Of a stretch of 64,000 nt of DNA, positions 25,447-37,926 are shown in pieces. Position numbers and translations under genes: made by a program. Within the stretch, counting starts at the first letter, position 1. Each line of letters begins with the position of its first letter. Source of the DNA: Escherichia coli (GTDB lineage Bacteria; Pseudomonadota; Gammaproteobacteria; Enterobacterales; Enterobacteriaceae); the NCBI RefSeq assembly GCF_016903815.1, contig NZ_CP069973.1, one strand, 5' to 3'. The notes under the pieces are model-generated. The model worked only from the letters and a program-made list of their open reading frames with translations. It searched no databases and was not told where the DNA came from.

Positions 25447-25956
25447 ATGGGTTTGTTCGATAAACTGAAATCTCTGGTTTCCGACGACAAGAAGGATACC
25501 GGAACTATTGAGATCATTGCTCCGCTCTCTGGCGAGATCGTCAATATCGAAGACGTGCCGGATGTCGTTTTTGCGGAAAAAATCGTTGGTGATGGTATTG
25601 CTATCAAACCAACTGGAAACAAAATGGTCGCGCCTGTAGACGGCACCATTGGTAAAATCTTTGAAACCAACCACGCGTTCTCTATCGAATCTGATAGCGG
25701 CGTTGAACTGTTCGTCCACTTCGGTATCGACACCGTTGAACTGAAAGGCGAAGGCTTCAAGCGTATTGCTGAAGAAGGTCAGCGCGTGAAAGTTGGCGAT
25801 ACTGTCATTGAATTTGATCTGCCGCTGCTGGAAGAGAAAGCCAAGTCTACCCTGACTCCGGTTGTTATCTCCAACATGGACGAAATCAAAGAACTGATCA
25901 AACTGTCCGGTAGCGTGACTGTGGGTGAAACCCCGGTTATCCGCATCAAGAAGTAA
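25447..25956 (+). CDS. crr: PTS glucose-specific EIIA (EIIA-Glc)
   Basis: 169-aa [42 protein letters not shown] matches E. coli Crr. Confidence 0.99.
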
Positions 25957-25970
25957 TTCTTGCCGCAGTG

Positions 25971-26000
25971 AAAAATGGCGCCCATCGGCGCCATTTTTTA
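25971..26000. terminator. bidirectional terminator between crr and pdxK
   Basis: aaaaatggcgcc-catc-ggcgccattttttat. Confidence 0.8.
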
Positions 26001-26849
26001 TGCTTCCGCCAGCGGCGGCAAAATCAATTCATCGCTCTCATGCTGCTGGGTGTAGCGCATCACTTCCAGTACGCGCAACCCCGCACGGTGCACCGCATCG
26101 TTTAACGCCTTCCCTTTCAGCAAACCACTGATAAGCTGAGCACAAAACAGGTCGCCAGTCCCTTTCAGGTCGGTTTTTACCCGTGAATGGGAAATGACAT
26201 TCACGCTGTCGGCACTGACCACCACCACCTGCATCTCCTGATTTTCTTCATTACCGGAGGCGCTGGTAATCACCACCCATTTTAATGTGTCTGAAAGCAG
26301 ACTTTTTGCGGCAGCAATGGCACTGTCGAGATCGCGGCAATTTTTACCGGTCAGGATTTCCAGCTCAAAGATATTGGGGGTAATTCCCTGCGCCAGCGGC
26401 AGTAAATATTGTCGATACGCCTCGGGAAGGTCAGGTTTGACATAAATTCCGCTATCAATATCGCCAATCACTGGATCGACCATGATCAATAGGTCAGGAT
26501 GATCTTTGCGTAGCGCAGTCAGCCACTCGGCAAGGATTTTGATTTGCGATGCCGTTCCCATATAGCCCGTGGTTACAGCACGAAGTTGGCGCAACGCATC
26601 ACGCTCCTGAAGCGCACGCAAATAGCCGCTAAACCATTCGTCCGGAATCGCACCACCGTAGAAAGTGTCATAATGCGGTGTATTGCTCAGCAATACCGTC
26701 GGCACGGCAAAGACATTCAGGCCGTTCTGTTTGATAGCAGGCACGGCAATGCTGTTGCCTACGCTGCCGTACACTACCTGCGACTGCACGGCGACGATAT
26801 CTGCCTGCAATGCCCTGCTCTTATCGTTAAACAACAACAAACTACTCAT
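25998..26849 (-). CDS. pdxK: pyridoxal/pyridoxine/pyridoxamine kinase
   Basis: 283-aa ORF; ribokinase-like PfkB fold; position after crr. Confidence 0.93.
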   Translation of the reverse strand: MSSLLLFNDKSRALQADIVAVQSQVVYGSVGNSIAVPAIKQNGLNVFAVPTVLLSNTPHYDTFYGGAIPDEWFSGYLRALQERDALRQLRAVTTGYMGTASQIKILAEWLTALRKDHPDLLIMVDPVIGDIDSGIYVKPDLPEAYRQYLLPLAQGITPNIFELEILTGKNCRDLDSAIAAAKSLLSDTLKWVVITSASGNEENQEMQVVVVSADSVNVISHSRVKTDLKGTGDLFCAQLISGLLKGKALNDAVHRAGLRVLEVMRYTQQHESDELILPPLAEA

Positions 26850-26862
26850 TTAATTTTTTCTC

Positions 26863-26928
<66 letters not shown>

Positions 26929-26953
26929 CACAAAACAAGGATAAGGTAATTCA

Positions 26954-27322
26954 ATGAAGAAAATCATTTGTCTGGTCATTACGCTGCTAATGACACTCCC
27001 CGTTTACGCGAAGTTAACTGCCCATGAAGAAGCCCGTATCAACGCCATGCTGGAGGGATTAGCACAGAAAAAGGATTTGATATTTGTGCGTAACGGCGAT
27101 GAACACACCTGTGATGAAGCGGTTTCCCACCTGCGTCTGAAGTTCGACAACACGCGCAACCGCATTGATACCGCCGAGCAGTTTATTGATAAGGTGGCCT
27201 CGTCGTCATCGATTACCGGGAAGCCGTATATTGTGAAGATGCCCGGTAAGAGCGATGAAAATGCGCAACCTTTTTTACATGCGCTGATTGCGCAGACGGA
27301 TAAAACGGTGCCTGCGCAATAA
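26954..27322 (+). CDS. yfeK: secreted protein YfeK (DUF5329)
   Basis: 122-aa ORF with signal peptide [19 protein letters not shown]. Confidence 0.85.
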   Translation: MKKIICLVITLLMTLPVYAKLTAHEEARINAMLEGLAQKKDLIFVRNGDEHTCDEAVSHLRLKFDNTRNRIDTAEQFIDKVASSSSITGKPYIVKMPGKSDENAQPFLHALIAQTDKTVPAQ

Positions 27323-27324
27323 TC

Positions 27325-28236
27325 TTAAATCCCCGCCCCCTGGCTAAAATGCTCTTCCCCAAACACCCCGGTAGAAAGGTAGCGATCGCCGCGATCGCAG
27401 ATGATCGCGACCACCACCGCGCCGGGGTTAGCTTTTGCCACGCGCAGTGCTCCGGCAACCGCGCCGCCGGAGCTGACGCCACAGAATATTCCTTCCCGCA
27501 CTGCCAGTTCGCGCATGGTGTTTTCCGCTTCTCGCTGATGAATATCCAGCACCTCATCCACCAGAGAAGCGTTGAAAATCCCCGGCAGATATTCCGCAGG
27601 CCAGCGGCGAATGCCGGGAATGCTACTGCCCTCTTCCGGCTGCAGGCCAACAATGGTCACCGGTTTGGATTGTTCGCGCATAAAGCGTGAAACGCCGGTG
27701 ATAGTGCCGGTTGTTCCCATGCTGGAGACAAAATGGGTAATGCGCCCGCCAGTTTGCTGCCAGATTTCCGGCCCGGTGGTGGTGTAATGGGCGTAGGGAT
27801 TATCAGGATTATTAAACTGATCGAGCAGCTTTCCTTCACCACGATTCGCCATTTCAAGCGCCAGATCGCGCGCACCTTCCATGCCCTGCTCTTTGGTGAC
27901 AAGAATCAGTTCCGCACCATAAGCACGCATCGCCGCACGGCGTTCCTGGCTCATGTTGTCGGGCATCAGCAATTTCATGCGATAGCCTTTAAGCGCGGCA
28001 ATCATTGCCAGCGCAATGCCGGTGTTACCACTGGTGGCTTCGATCAGCACGTCCCCCGGTTTAATTTCCCCGCGCTTTTCCGCCTCGACGATCATCGAAA
28101 GTGCCGCACGATCTTTTACCGAACCTGCCGGGTTATTGCCTTCCAGTTTCAACCAGATTTCACTGCCGTTATTAGGCCCCATTCGCTGCAACTTCACCAG
28201 AGGCGTATTGCCAATTGTTTGTTCTAATGTACTCAC
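27325..28236 (-). CDS. cysM: cysteine synthase B (O-acetylserine sulfhydrylase B)
   Basis: ORF 27325-28314; likely GTG start at 28234-28236 giving (M)STLEQTIGNTPLVKLQRMGP, 303 aa; PLP motif SVKDRAA. Confidence 0.95.
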   Translation of the reverse strand: MSTLEQTIGNTPLVKLQRMGPNNGSEIWLKLEGNNPAGSVKDRAALSMIVEAEKRGEIKPGDVLIEATSGNTGIALAMIAALKGYRMKLLMPDNMSQERRAAMRAYGAELILVTKEQGMEGARDLALEMANRGEGKLLDQFNNPDNPYAHYTTTGPEIWQQTGGRITHFVSSMGTTGTITGVSRFMREQSKPVTIVGLQPEEGSSIPGIRRWPAEYLPGIFNASLVDEVLDIHQREAENTMRELAVREGIFCGVSSGGAVAGALRVAKANPGAVVVAIICDRGDRYLSTGVFGEEHFSQGAGI

Positions 28237-28259
28237 GATCTCTGTCCATACGTGGTGTT

Positions 28260-28295
28260 GCCTGATGCGACGCTTGCGCGTCTTATCAGGCCTAC
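28260..28295. repeat. REP element between cysM and cysA
   Basis: gcctgatgcgacgcttgcgcgtcttatcaggcctac matches REP consensus. Confidence 0.85.
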
Positions 28296-28369
28296 AGGTT
28301 ACAAACCTTGCCATTAAAAAGCCCGGATCGCGGGAAGCGCCTCCGGGCGTTTAACATTCACTCAACCTA

Positions 28370-29467
28370 TCAGGCGCTTTGTGCGAGAGCAAGTTCCTCA
28401 TCGCGGGTTTCAATACGCTCGTCGCCGTTATACAGCCGCGCATGTTGCAGACCAACGAATAAACGCTCGCCACGTTGCGGGGCGTCGTCGCCGTGCATCA
28501 CGACCGTCAGCGGTTCGTTGTACCACCCCAGCGGCTGCACGACTAATTGGGTGTAGTGGCCTTTCGGGCTGGCTTCCAGTACCTGTACCGGCAGCGGCGA
28601 ATCGAGGCTGGTACGGCGGCTGATATCCACTTCCCACGGACGCAGGAAGAGATCCACTGGCCCCTGATACGCAGGTGTATAGCCCAGCGGCCAGCGATGT
28701 GCGCCAACATGGAACTGCCCGCCGCGAATGGTTCCCTGCAGGCGGTTCACTTCGCCCATAAATTCGAGTACAAAACGGGTCGCTGGTTCGCGCCATACCT
28801 GGTCCGGTGCATCAGCCTGCTCGATATTGCCCTGGCTCATCACCACTACACGATCGGCTACTTCGGTCGCCTCTTCCTGGTCATGGGTCACGAACACGCT
28901 GGTGAATTTCAGCTCTTCATGCAACTGACGCAGCCAGCGACGCAGCTCTTTACGCACCTGAGCATCCAACGCGCCAAACGGTTCATCAAGCAGCAGAATT
29001 TGCGGTTCTACAGCCAGCGCACGCGCCAGTGCCACACGCTGTTTCTGGCCGCCGGAAAGCTGCGCCGGATAACGATCCGCCAGATGGGCAAGCTGGACCA
29101 TCTCGAGCAATTTTGTCACTTTCGCTTTGATAGCTGCGGCATTCGGGCGCTCGCGACGCGGCAGCACCGTCAGGCCGAAAGCGATATTGTCGAACACCGT
29201 CATATGGCGGAACAGCGCATAGTGCTGGAACACGAAACCAACTTTACGATCGCGCGCATGCAGGCGGCTGACGTCGGTGCCGTGGAAGCGAATATGCCCG
29301 CTGGTTTGATGCTCCAGCCCGGCGATAATGCGCAGCAGCGTGGTTTTCCCGGAACCGGACGGCCCCAGCAACGCGACCATCTGACCAGAAGGAATATCCA
29401 GTGAGATATCGTTCAGCACCTGGGTGCGACCAAAAGACTTCTTAATATTGGCAATCTCAATGCTCAT
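28370..29467 (-). CDS. cysA: sulfate/thiosulfate ABC transporter ATP-binding subunit
   Basis: 365-aa ORF; Walker [13 protein letters not shown] signature LSGGQKQR. Confidence 0.97.
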   Translation of the reverse strand: MSIEIANIKKSFGRTQVLNDISLDIPSGQMVALLGPSGSGKTTLLRIIAGLEHQTSGHIRFHGTDVSRLHARDRKVGFVFQHYALFRHMTVFDNIAFGLTVLPRRERPNAAAIKAKVTKLLEMVQLAHLADRYPAQLSGGQKQRVALARALAVEPQILLLDEPFGALDAQVRKELRRWLRQLHEELKFTSVFVTHDQEEATEVADRVVVMSQGNIEQADAPDQVWREPATRFVLEFMGEVNRLQGTIRGGQFHVGAHRWPLGYTPAYQGPVDLFLRPWEVDISRRTSLDSPLPVQVLEASPKGHYTQLVVQPLGWYNEPLTVVMHGDDAPQRGERLFVGLQHARLYNGDERIETRDEELALAQSA

Positions 29468-30332
29468 GATGTTCCTCCTGCTGCGCGCGTTTTTCCTGAT
29501 TCTCCAGACGCCACTGCAACATACTCTTTAAAAACAGGGTGATAATCGCCATCAGCGTCAACAACGCGGCAGCGGTAAAGGAGCCGACGGTGTTGTAGTC
29601 TTGCTCCAGCAATTCAATCTGTAACGGCAGCGAAAGTGTTTCGCCGCGAATCGAGCCGGAAACCACCGACACCGCACCAAACTCGCCAATCGCGCGGGCG
29701 TTGGTCAGCACCACGCCATAAAGCAGCGCCCAGCGGATGTTCGGCAGCGTGACGCGGCGAAACATCTGCCAGCCAGATGCGCCCAGCAAAATCGCCGCTT
29801 CGTCTTCCTGGCTGCCCTGGCTTAACATCACCGGCACCAGCTCACGCACCACAAACGGACACGTCACGAAGATGGTGACCAGCACCATTCCCGGCCAGGA
29901 GAACATAATTTGCAGATTATGTTCATCCAGCCAGCCGCCGAGCGGGCCGTTAGAGCCGTAAAACAGCAGATACACCAGACCGGCAACCACCGGCGACACG
30001 GCAAACGGAATGTCCAGCAGCGTCAGCAGCAACTGGCGTCCGGGGAAGTTAAAGCGCGTCACCAGCCATGCCAGCAGAATGCCGAACACCAGGTTCACCG
30101 GCACGGCAATCAGCGCAATCATCACCGTCAGCCAGATGGCGTGCAGCATGTCCGGATCGGCCAGATTCTGTAAAACTGGCATCAGCCCTTTACTGAACGC
30201 CTGCACAAAGATGTAAATCATCGGCACCAGCAGGATGAACGCCGAAACCAGCATCCCGATGCCAATCAGAAACCATTTGCCCCAGTTAATCGGGCGCGCG
30301 TCATAACGCTTCAACTGTGTCACTTCCGCCAT
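29457..30332 (-). CDS. cysW: sulfate/thiosulfate ABC transporter permease
   Basis: 291-aa membrane ORF; overlaps cysA start (translational coupling). Confidence 0.95.
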   Translation of the reverse strand: MAEVTQLKRYDARPINWGKWFLIGIGMLVSAFILLVPMIYIFVQAFSKGLMPVLQNLADPDMLHAIWLTVMIALIAVPVNLVFGILLAWLVTRFNFPGRQLLLTLLDIPFAVSPVVAGLVYLLFYGSNGPLGGWLDEHNLQIMFSWPGMVLVTIFVTCPFVVRELVPVMLSQGSQEDEAAILLGASGWQMFRRVTLPNIRWALLYGVVLTNARAIGEFGAVSVVSGSIRGETLSLPLQIELLEQDYNTVGSFTAAALLTLMAIITLFLKSMLQWRLENQEKRAQQEEHHEH

Positions 30333-31165
30333 TAATGACCTACCACACGCCGACCAAAGCGACTTTGCAGAGTGTTAATTGAGAACAGCAGCAGCAGGGA
30401 TGCCGCGAGGATCACCGAAGCAATCGCGCTCGCCGCCGGGTAATCAAACTCCTGTAAGCGAACAAAAATCATCAGCGACGTCACTTCTGTCTTCCAGGCG
30501 ATGTTCCCGGCGATAAAAATCACCGCGCCAAATTCACCAAGACTACGGGTAAACGACAGCGCCACGCCCGCCACCAGCGCCGGAGATAGCTCCGGCAGCA
30601 CCACTTTGCAGAAACTCTGCCAGCGCGTTGCGCCGAGCGTTTCCGCCGCTTCTTCATATTCCGGGCCTAACTCTTCCAGCACCGGCTGCACGGTACGCAC
30701 CACAAACGGAATGCTGGTAAAGGCCATCGCCACCGCAATCCCCAGCCAGGTATAGGTGACTTTGATATCAAACTTCGCCAGCCATTCACCGTAAAAACCG
30801 TTCACGGAAAAGAGCGAGGCCAGCGTCAAACCGGCTACCGCCGTCGGTAGCGCAAAGGGTAAATCCATCAGCGCATCAAGCAGCGTGCGGCCCGGAAAGC
30901 GATAACGGGTTAAAATCCACGCCATCAGCAGGCCGAAAACGCCGTTAAAAATTGATGCCACAAACGCCGACAGCAGTGTCACTTTGTAGGCCGCGACTAC
31001 CTGCGGGTTGGTGATCACCTCCCAGTACTGCGCCCAGCTCATCTCAGAGAGCTGCATCACCAGCGCGGAGAGCGGCAGCAGCAAAATCAGGCACACAAAC
31101 AGCAGACTGGTGCCGAGGCTTAAGGTAAAGCCCGGCAGCACGCGTCTTGATGAAACTGCAAACAT
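30332..31165 (-). CDS. cysU: sulfate/thiosulfate ABC transporter permease (CysT)
   Basis: 277-aa membrane ORF between cysP and cysW, 1-nt overlaps. Confidence 0.95.
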   Translation of the reverse strand: MFAVSSRRVLPGFTLSLGTSLLFVCLILLLPLSALVMQLSEMSWAQYWEVITNPQVVAAYKVTLLSAFVASIFNGVFGLLMAWILTRYRFPGRTLLDALMDLPFALPTAVAGLTLASLFSVNGFYGEWLAKFDIKVTYTWLGIAVAMAFTSIPFVVRTVQPVLEELGPEYEEAAETLGATRWQSFCKVVLPELSPALVAGVALSFTRSLGEFGAVIFIAGNIAWKTEVTSLMIFVRLQEFDYPAASAIASVILAASLLLLFSINTLQSRFGRRVVGH

Positions 31166-32181
31166 TAATTACGCCCCGCCGCTAACAGCTTGTCCAACTC
31201 GCCGCCGCTGGTGAAGTGGGTTTTCATCACTTCCGGCCAGGAGCCAAATTTGTCTTCCACGCGGAACAGTTCGGTCTGCGGGAATTTGTCTTTCAGTTTG
31301 TCCATGACTTCCGGGTTATTTACGCGGTAGTAATAGTCGGTGATGATGGTTTGCGCCTGCGGGCTGTAGAGCCAGTTCAGGTAAGCTTTTGCTGCTTTTT
31401 CCGTACCGTTGGCCTGCACGTTTTTATCGACCCACGCCACCGGGAATTCCGCCAGAATATTGGTTTTCGGAATCACCACTTCAAAGCCCTGCGCTTCATA
31501 CTGTTTACGAATGTTGTTTACTTCCGATTCAAAGCTAATCAGTACATCGCCCAGCCCGCGCTCGGCAAAGGTGGTGGTCGCGCCACGACCGCCGGTATCG
31601 AACACTTCAACGTTTTTCAGGAACTGGGTCATAAACTGTTCGGTTTTGGCTTTGTCGCCACCGTCAGCTTTATCCGCTGCACCCCATGCCGCCAGATAGG
31701 TGTAACGTGCGTTACCCGACGTTTTCGGGTTCGGGAAAATCAGCTTTACGTCGGAGCGCACCAGATCGTTCCAGTCGTGGATATTCTTCGGGTTACCCTT
31801 ACGCACCAGGAAGCCCATGGTGGAGTAGAACGGCGAGCTGTTATTCGGCAGGCGCGTTTGCCAGTCGGCCGGGATCAGCTTGCCTTTGTCGTGCAGGATT
31901 TGTACGTCAGTCACCTGGTTATAAGTGACAACGTCGGCTTTTAAGCCCTGCAAAATCGCCAGCGCCTGTTTTGATGACCCGGCATGAGATTGTTTTATCG
32001 TCAGTTTGTCGCCGCCGTTATCTTTGGCCCATTGTTGCTCAAACGGCGGATTCAGGGCGGCAAACAGCTCGCGGGAGACGTCATAAGAACTGTTCAGCAG
32101 TTCCGTTGCCTGTACATGGCCCGCCAGCAGCAGAGAAGCGACCAGCGCGAGTGAGTTCTTTTTCAGTAAGTTAACGGCCAT
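31165..32181 (-). CDS. cysP: thiosulfate-binding periplasmic protein
   Basis: 338-aa ORF with signal peptide [25 protein letters not shown]; first gene of cysPUWAM. Confidence 0.95.
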   Translation of the reverse strand: MAVNLLKKNSLALVASLLLAGHVQATELLNSSYDVSRELFAALNPPFEQQWAKDNGGDKLTIKQSHAGSSKQALAILQGLKADVVTYNQVTDVQILHDKGKLIPADWQTRLPNNSSPFYSTMGFLVRKGNPKNIHDWNDLVRSDVKLIFPNPKTSGNARYTYLAAWGAADKADGGDKAKTEQFMTQFLKNVEVFDTGGRGATTTFAERGLGDVLISFESEVNNIRKQYEAQGFEVVIPKTNILAEFPVAWVDKNVQANGTEKAAKAYLNWLYSPQAQTIITDYYYRVNNPEVMDKLKDKFPQTELFRVEDKFGSWPEVMKTHFTSGGELDKLLAAGRN

Positions 32182-32351
32182 TGCGCACCCTTATAAATTT
32201 AATGACTTTCTAATAGCCATCATATTTATAACGGACGTGAAAGGAGTAACGGTTTTATATACCGTTTGGTGATTTGGAAGTTGAAAAGGGAATAAGAACC
32301 GGGTTCAAGACGAAATCCTCCCCACAAATGCAGGGAGGAAACAGAGGTGAA

Positions 32352-33143
32352 TCAGATGCCGACGCTAACCGTCTCCGGCAGTGTGCTGCCGCCATCAATC
32401 ACATTCTGTGTACCGGTTAAATAACTTGATTCATCCGATGCGAGGAAGGCTGCCAGTTCGCCGACTTCCAGCGGATCGGCGAGGCGACGCATCGGGATTG
32501 CTTTTGCCATTTCAGTCAGCACCGATTCTGGATCTTCCGGGTTCGACTGGCGGGCAATGCTTTCCGCCATTGGCGTGCGTACGTATCCCGGGCAGATGGC
32601 GTTAACGCGAATACCAGACTGCGCGTACTCCACCGCCAGCGATTTAGTCAGGCCAACAATCGCCGCTTTCGTTAAGGCATACGCCGTTTCACCCGGATCG
32701 GCCACCATATCGCCAGTGACTGAAGACATCATCACAATGCGACCATCTTTGCGGGCAATCATCTCCGGCAGCACCGCCTTCGTGACGTTCCATACGCCTT
32801 TAATATTGATATCAATATGGAAATCGCGATCTTCATCGCTCATATCGAGGAAACTGCCCAGACGACAAACGCCTGCGTTATTCACCAGGATATCAATGCG
32901 CCCTTCTTTTTCCTTCGCGCGCTTGATAGCTGCGGCGACCGACGCCGGGTCACGCACATCGGCGACAACCGCCGTACAGCGATGACCACGACCACACAGT
33001 TCGTCCGCCAGCTTTTCGATCTCAGGGGAGATATCCAGCAAGATTAGGTTTGCGCCATGACGCGCAAAAGTTCTGGCAATTCCTTCGCCAATTCCCTGCA
33101 ATGCGCCCGTAATCAGTGCTGTCTTGCCCGTGAGTTTACCCAT
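32352..33143 (-). CDS. ucpA: short-chain dehydrogenase/reductase UcpA
   Basis: ORF 32352-33209; likely start MGKLTGKTALITGALQGIGEGIA (Rossmann TGxxxGIG), 263 aa; SDR catalytic YxxxK. Confidence 0.92.
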   Translation of the reverse strand: MGKLTGKTALITGALQGIGEGIARTFARHGANLILLDISPEIEKLADELCGRGHRCTAVVADVRDPASVAAAIKRAKEKEGRIDILVNNAGVCRLGSFLDMSDEDRDFHIDINIKGVWNVTKAVLPEMIARKDGRIVMMSSVTGDMVADPGETAYALTKAAIVGLTKSLAVEYAQSGIRVNAICPGYVRTPMAESIARQSNPEDPESVLTEMAKAIPMRRLADPLEVGELAAFLASDESSYLTGTQNVIDGGSTLPETVSVGI

Positions 33144-33271
33144 TTTAATGCTCTCCTTGTTAATACAGAGCGTTACACTCCATTCCCTCTGAAAATACAG
33201 GATAAACAAAATATTGCTGCGGATCAGCTCACTAATTCAGGAAAATCTCAATCCAGTCGCTGCTTTATGCA

Positions 33272-34129
33272 TCATTTCAGGCGTTGCGTTAGCTCACTGC
33301 TGCGCTCAATCATTTTCAATGACTCCACATCATTGAGTTGCACAAGGCCAACAAACAGTAAATCGGTAACAGAATTTTGCGCCGTGCGGGTGGACATCGA
33401 CGAGCTGCGCCATTCGGTTTCGCCAGAAACGGTATCGAGAGTGTAATGCGCCAGCCGCCGCAGCGGGGAATCGGTTAATGAGGTAATGGCAATCACCGTT
33501 GCCCCCTGCTTTCGCGCTGCCTCGGCGCACAAGACAATCTCTTTTTTACTGCCGCTGTAAGAGATAGCGATTTGTACATCGCCTTTTTTCAGCGCCTGGG
33601 AAACGGTGGCTTGTACATGCGTGTCAGCTTCACAGGCCACACGATAACCAATTTTCATCAGTTTGAATGAAAGATCGCGCCCCACCAGCGCCGACCCGCC
33701 CAGGCCCGTTATCTGGATAAATGGCGCTTTACTGATGACCTCAATGATTTTTTGCAGCCGCGCGTAGTCGAACAACGCGCAGGTTTGCTCCAGCGCCAGC
33801 TCTTTTTCGCGATTCAGTTTGCGGGCAATCACTTCCAGCGAATCATCACTGGTAATCGAACTGTGCAGGTGCAGCGCCGTGGCATTCGTTTTCTCCCGGC
33901 TGGCACTGTATTCGCCAATTAACGCCATACGCAATTCAGTAAATCCTTGCGCGCCGAGCTTCTGGGCAAACTTCACAATACTCGACTGGCTGATGCCGAG
34001 CAGTTTCGCCATCTTGCGCGAAGAGACAGATTTCAGCTCACTCACATTAGCCCGCAGAAAGTCAGCAATTTTTTGCTCGTTCCCGGTAAATTCACTTTCC
34101 GCATTGCGTATTTTCGTCAGGTACAACAT
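33272..34129 (-). CDS. murR: RpiR/SIS-family repressor of murQP
   Basis: ORF 33272-34384; likely start [25 protein letters not shown] (285 aa); N-terminal HTH, C-terminal SIS domain. Confidence 0.92.
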   Translation of the reverse strand: MLYLTKIRNAESEFTGNEQKIADFLRANVSELKSVSSRKMAKLLGISQSSIVKFAQKLGAQGFTELRMALIGEYSASREKTNATALHLHSSITSDDSLEVIARKLNREKELALEQTCALFDYARLQKIIEVISKAPFIQITGLGGSALVGRDLSFKLMKIGYRVACEADTHVQATVSQALKKGDVQIAISYSGSKKEIVLCAEAARKQGATVIAITSLTDSPLRRLAHYTLDTVSGETEWRSSSMSTRTAQNSVTDLLFVGLVQLNDVESLKMIERSSELTQRLK

Positions 34130-34292
34130 CTTCCACTCTCCTGGGCTGGCAGCAAAAATTCCGCTTAAGTTCTTATGACGCTCTTCACACTCTGCGAGTG
34201 TAGACTCAATGATTCCTTTAAGTCTGTCAATTCGGGATATATGATTCCATACATCTGCAATTATTTGATCGTAAATAGTAAGGTCACCACCG

Positions 34293-35189
34293 ATGCAACT
34301 TGAAAAGATGATTACCGAAGGCTCGAACGCCGCCTCAGCTGAAATTGACCGCGTATCAACGCTGGAAATGTGCCGGATTATCAACGATGAAGATAAAACC
34401 GTGCCGCTTGCCGTTGAGCGCGTACTGCCGGATATCGCCGCGGCGATCGATGTTATCCACGCCCAGGTAAGCGGCGGCGGGCGTCTGATTTATCTCGGTG
34501 CGGGAACATCCGGTCGTCTGGGTATTCTTGATGCCAGTGAATGTCCGCCGACCTACGGCGTGAAACCGGGCCTGGTAGTTGGTTTGATTGCTGGCGGCGA
34601 ATATGCCATTCAGCACGCGGTGGAAGGCGCGGAAGATAGCCGGGAAGGCGGCGTTAACGATCTGAAAAATATTAATTTAACGGCACAGGATGTGGTGGTC
34701 GGTATTGCCGCCAGCGGTCGTACGCCGTATGTGATTGCCGGACTGGAATACGCCCGCCAGCTCGGTTGCCGCACAGTGGGAATTTCCTGTAATCCCGGGA
34801 GCGCCGTTTCAACCACCGCTGAGTTTGCCATTACGCCAGTTGTTGGGGCCGAAGTGGTCACAGGTTCTTCGCGAATGAAAGCAGGTACGGCGCAGAAACT
34901 GGTGCTCAATATGCTCTCCACCGGGCTGATGATTAAATCCGGCAAAGTGTTCGGCAACCTGATGGTCGATGTGGTCGCCACCAACGAAAAATTGCATGTG
35001 CGCCAGGTCAATATCGTCAAAAACGCTACCGGATGTAGCGCAGAGCAAGCGGAAGCGGCATTGGTTGCCTGCGAGCGCAACTGTAAAACGGCCATTGTGA
35101 TGGTGCTGAAAAATCTCGATGCCGCAGAAGCTAAAAAACGCCTTGATCAACACGGCGGCTTTATTCGTCAGGTTTTAGACAAGGAATAA
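34293..35189 (+). CDS. murQ: N-acetylmuramic acid 6-phosphate etherase
   Basis: 298-aa [35 protein letters not shown] domain; divergent from murR. Confidence 0.97.
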   Translation: MQLEKMITEGSNAASAEIDRVSTLEMCRIINDEDKTVPLAVERVLPDIAAAIDVIHAQVSGGGRLIYLGAGTSGRLGILDASECPPTYGVKPGLVVGLIAGGEYAIQHAVEGAEDSREGGVNDLKNINLTAQDVVVGIAASGRTPYVIAGLEYARQLGCRTVGISCNPGSAVSTTAEFAITPVVGAEVVTGSSRMKAGTAQKLVLNMLSTGLMIKSGKVFGNLMVDVVATNEKLHVRQVNIVKNATGCSAEQAEAALVACERNCKTAIVMVLKNLDAAEAKKRLDQHGGFIRQVLDKE

Positions 35190-35192
35190 CCC

Positions 35193-36617
<1,425 letters not shown>

Positions 36618-36621
36618 TAAT

Positions 36622-37923
36622 ATGAAACGGACAATGCTCTATCTTTCTCTGCTGGCTGTCAGCTGTAGCGTCAGCGCCGCAAAATACCCTGTTCTGACAG
36701 AAAGTTCGCCAGAGAAAGCAGGGTTCAACGTCGAACGGCTTAACCAGATGGATCGCTGGATAAGCCAGCAGGTGGATGCCGGTTATCCCGGCGTAAACCT
36801 GCTGATTATTAAAGATAATCAGATTGTGTATCGCAAAGCCTGGGGAGCGGCGAAAAAGTACGATGGCAGCGTATTGATGGAACAGCCTGTCAAAGCCACC
36901 ACCGGGACGCTGTATGACCTGGCTTCCAATACCAAGATGTACGCCACTAACTTTGCTCTGCAAAAGCTAATGAGCGAAGGCAAGCTGCATCCTGACGATC
37001 GGATTGCGAAATATATTCCGGGATTTGCCGATAGTCCAAATGACACCATCAAAGGCAAAAACACGCTGCGGATTTCTGACCTGCTGCATCACAGCGGCGG
37101 TTTCCCGGCGGACCCACAATATCCGAATAAAGCGGTCGCGGGCGCGTTATATTCCCAGGATAAAGGCCAGACGCTGGAGATGATCAAGCGCACGCCGCTG
37201 GAGTATCAGCCCGGCAGCAAGCATATCTACAGCGATGTCGATTATATGCTGCTTGGATTTATCGTCGAGTCGGTTACCGGTCAGCCACTTGACCGCTATG
37301 TTGAAGAGTCGATTTATCGCCCGCTCGGCCTGACGCATACGGTGTTTAATCCGCTACTGAAAGGCTTTAAACCGCAACAAATTGCCGCCACGGAACTCAA
37401 CGGCAATACCCGCGATGGCGTGATCCATTTCCCGGATATCCGCACCTCCACTCTCTGGGGTCAGGTGCACGATGAAAAAGCCTTTTATTCGATGGGCGGC
37501 GTTTCCGGGCATGCAGGGTTGTTTTCCAATACCGGCGATATTGCGGTGTTAATGCAAACGATGCTGAACGGCGGCGGCTATGGCGATGTGCAGTTGTTCA
37601 ATGCAGAAACGGTGAAGATGTTCACCACCAGCTCTAAGGAAGATGCCACTTTTGGCCTTGGCTGGCGCGTGAATGGTAATGCCACCATGACGCCGACGTT
37701 TGGCACGCTGGCAAGCCCGCAAACCTACGGTCACACTGGCTGGACCGGGACGGTGACCGTTATCGATCCGGTGAATCATATGGCGATTGTGATGTTAAGC
37801 AACAAGCCACATTCGCCAGTTGCCGATCCACAAAAAAATCCCAATATGTTCGAAAGCGGTCAGCTACCGATTGCAACTTATGGTTGGGTAGTTGATCAGG
37901 TGTATGCGGCGTTAAAGCAGTAA
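36622..37923 (+). CDS. yfeW: penicillin-binding protein 4B (class C beta-lactamase-fold)
   Basis: ORF 36535-37923; likely start MKRTMLYLSLLAVSCSVSA (signal peptide); SxxK motif SNTK. Confidence 0.92.
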   Translation: MKRTMLYLSLLAVSCSVSAAKYPVLTESSPEKAGFNVERLNQMDRWISQQVDAGYPGVNLLIIKDNQIVYRKAWGAAKKYDGSVLMEQPVKATTGTLYDLASNTKMYATNFALQKLMSEGKLHPDDRIAKYIPGFADSPNDTIKGKNTLRISDLLHHSGGFPADPQYPNKAVAGALYSQDKGQTLEMIKRTPLEYQPGSKHIYSDVDYMLLGFIVESVTGQPLDRYVEESIYRPLGLTHTVFNPLLKGFKPQQIAATELNGNTRDGVIHFPDIRTSTLWGQVHDEKAFYSMGGVSGHAGLFSNTGDIAVLMQTMLNGGGYGDVQLFNAETVKMFTTSSKEDATFGLGWRVNGNATMTPTFGTLASPQTYGHTGWTGTVTVIDPVNHMAIVMLSNKPHSPVADPQKNPNMFESGQLPIATYGWVVDQVYAALKQ

Positions 37924-37926
37924 TAA

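Noticed and set aside
28547-29404. 285-aa ORF on plus strand
   Set aside because: Antisense to cysA.
31216-31944. 242-aa ORF on plus strand
   Set aside because: Antisense to cysP.
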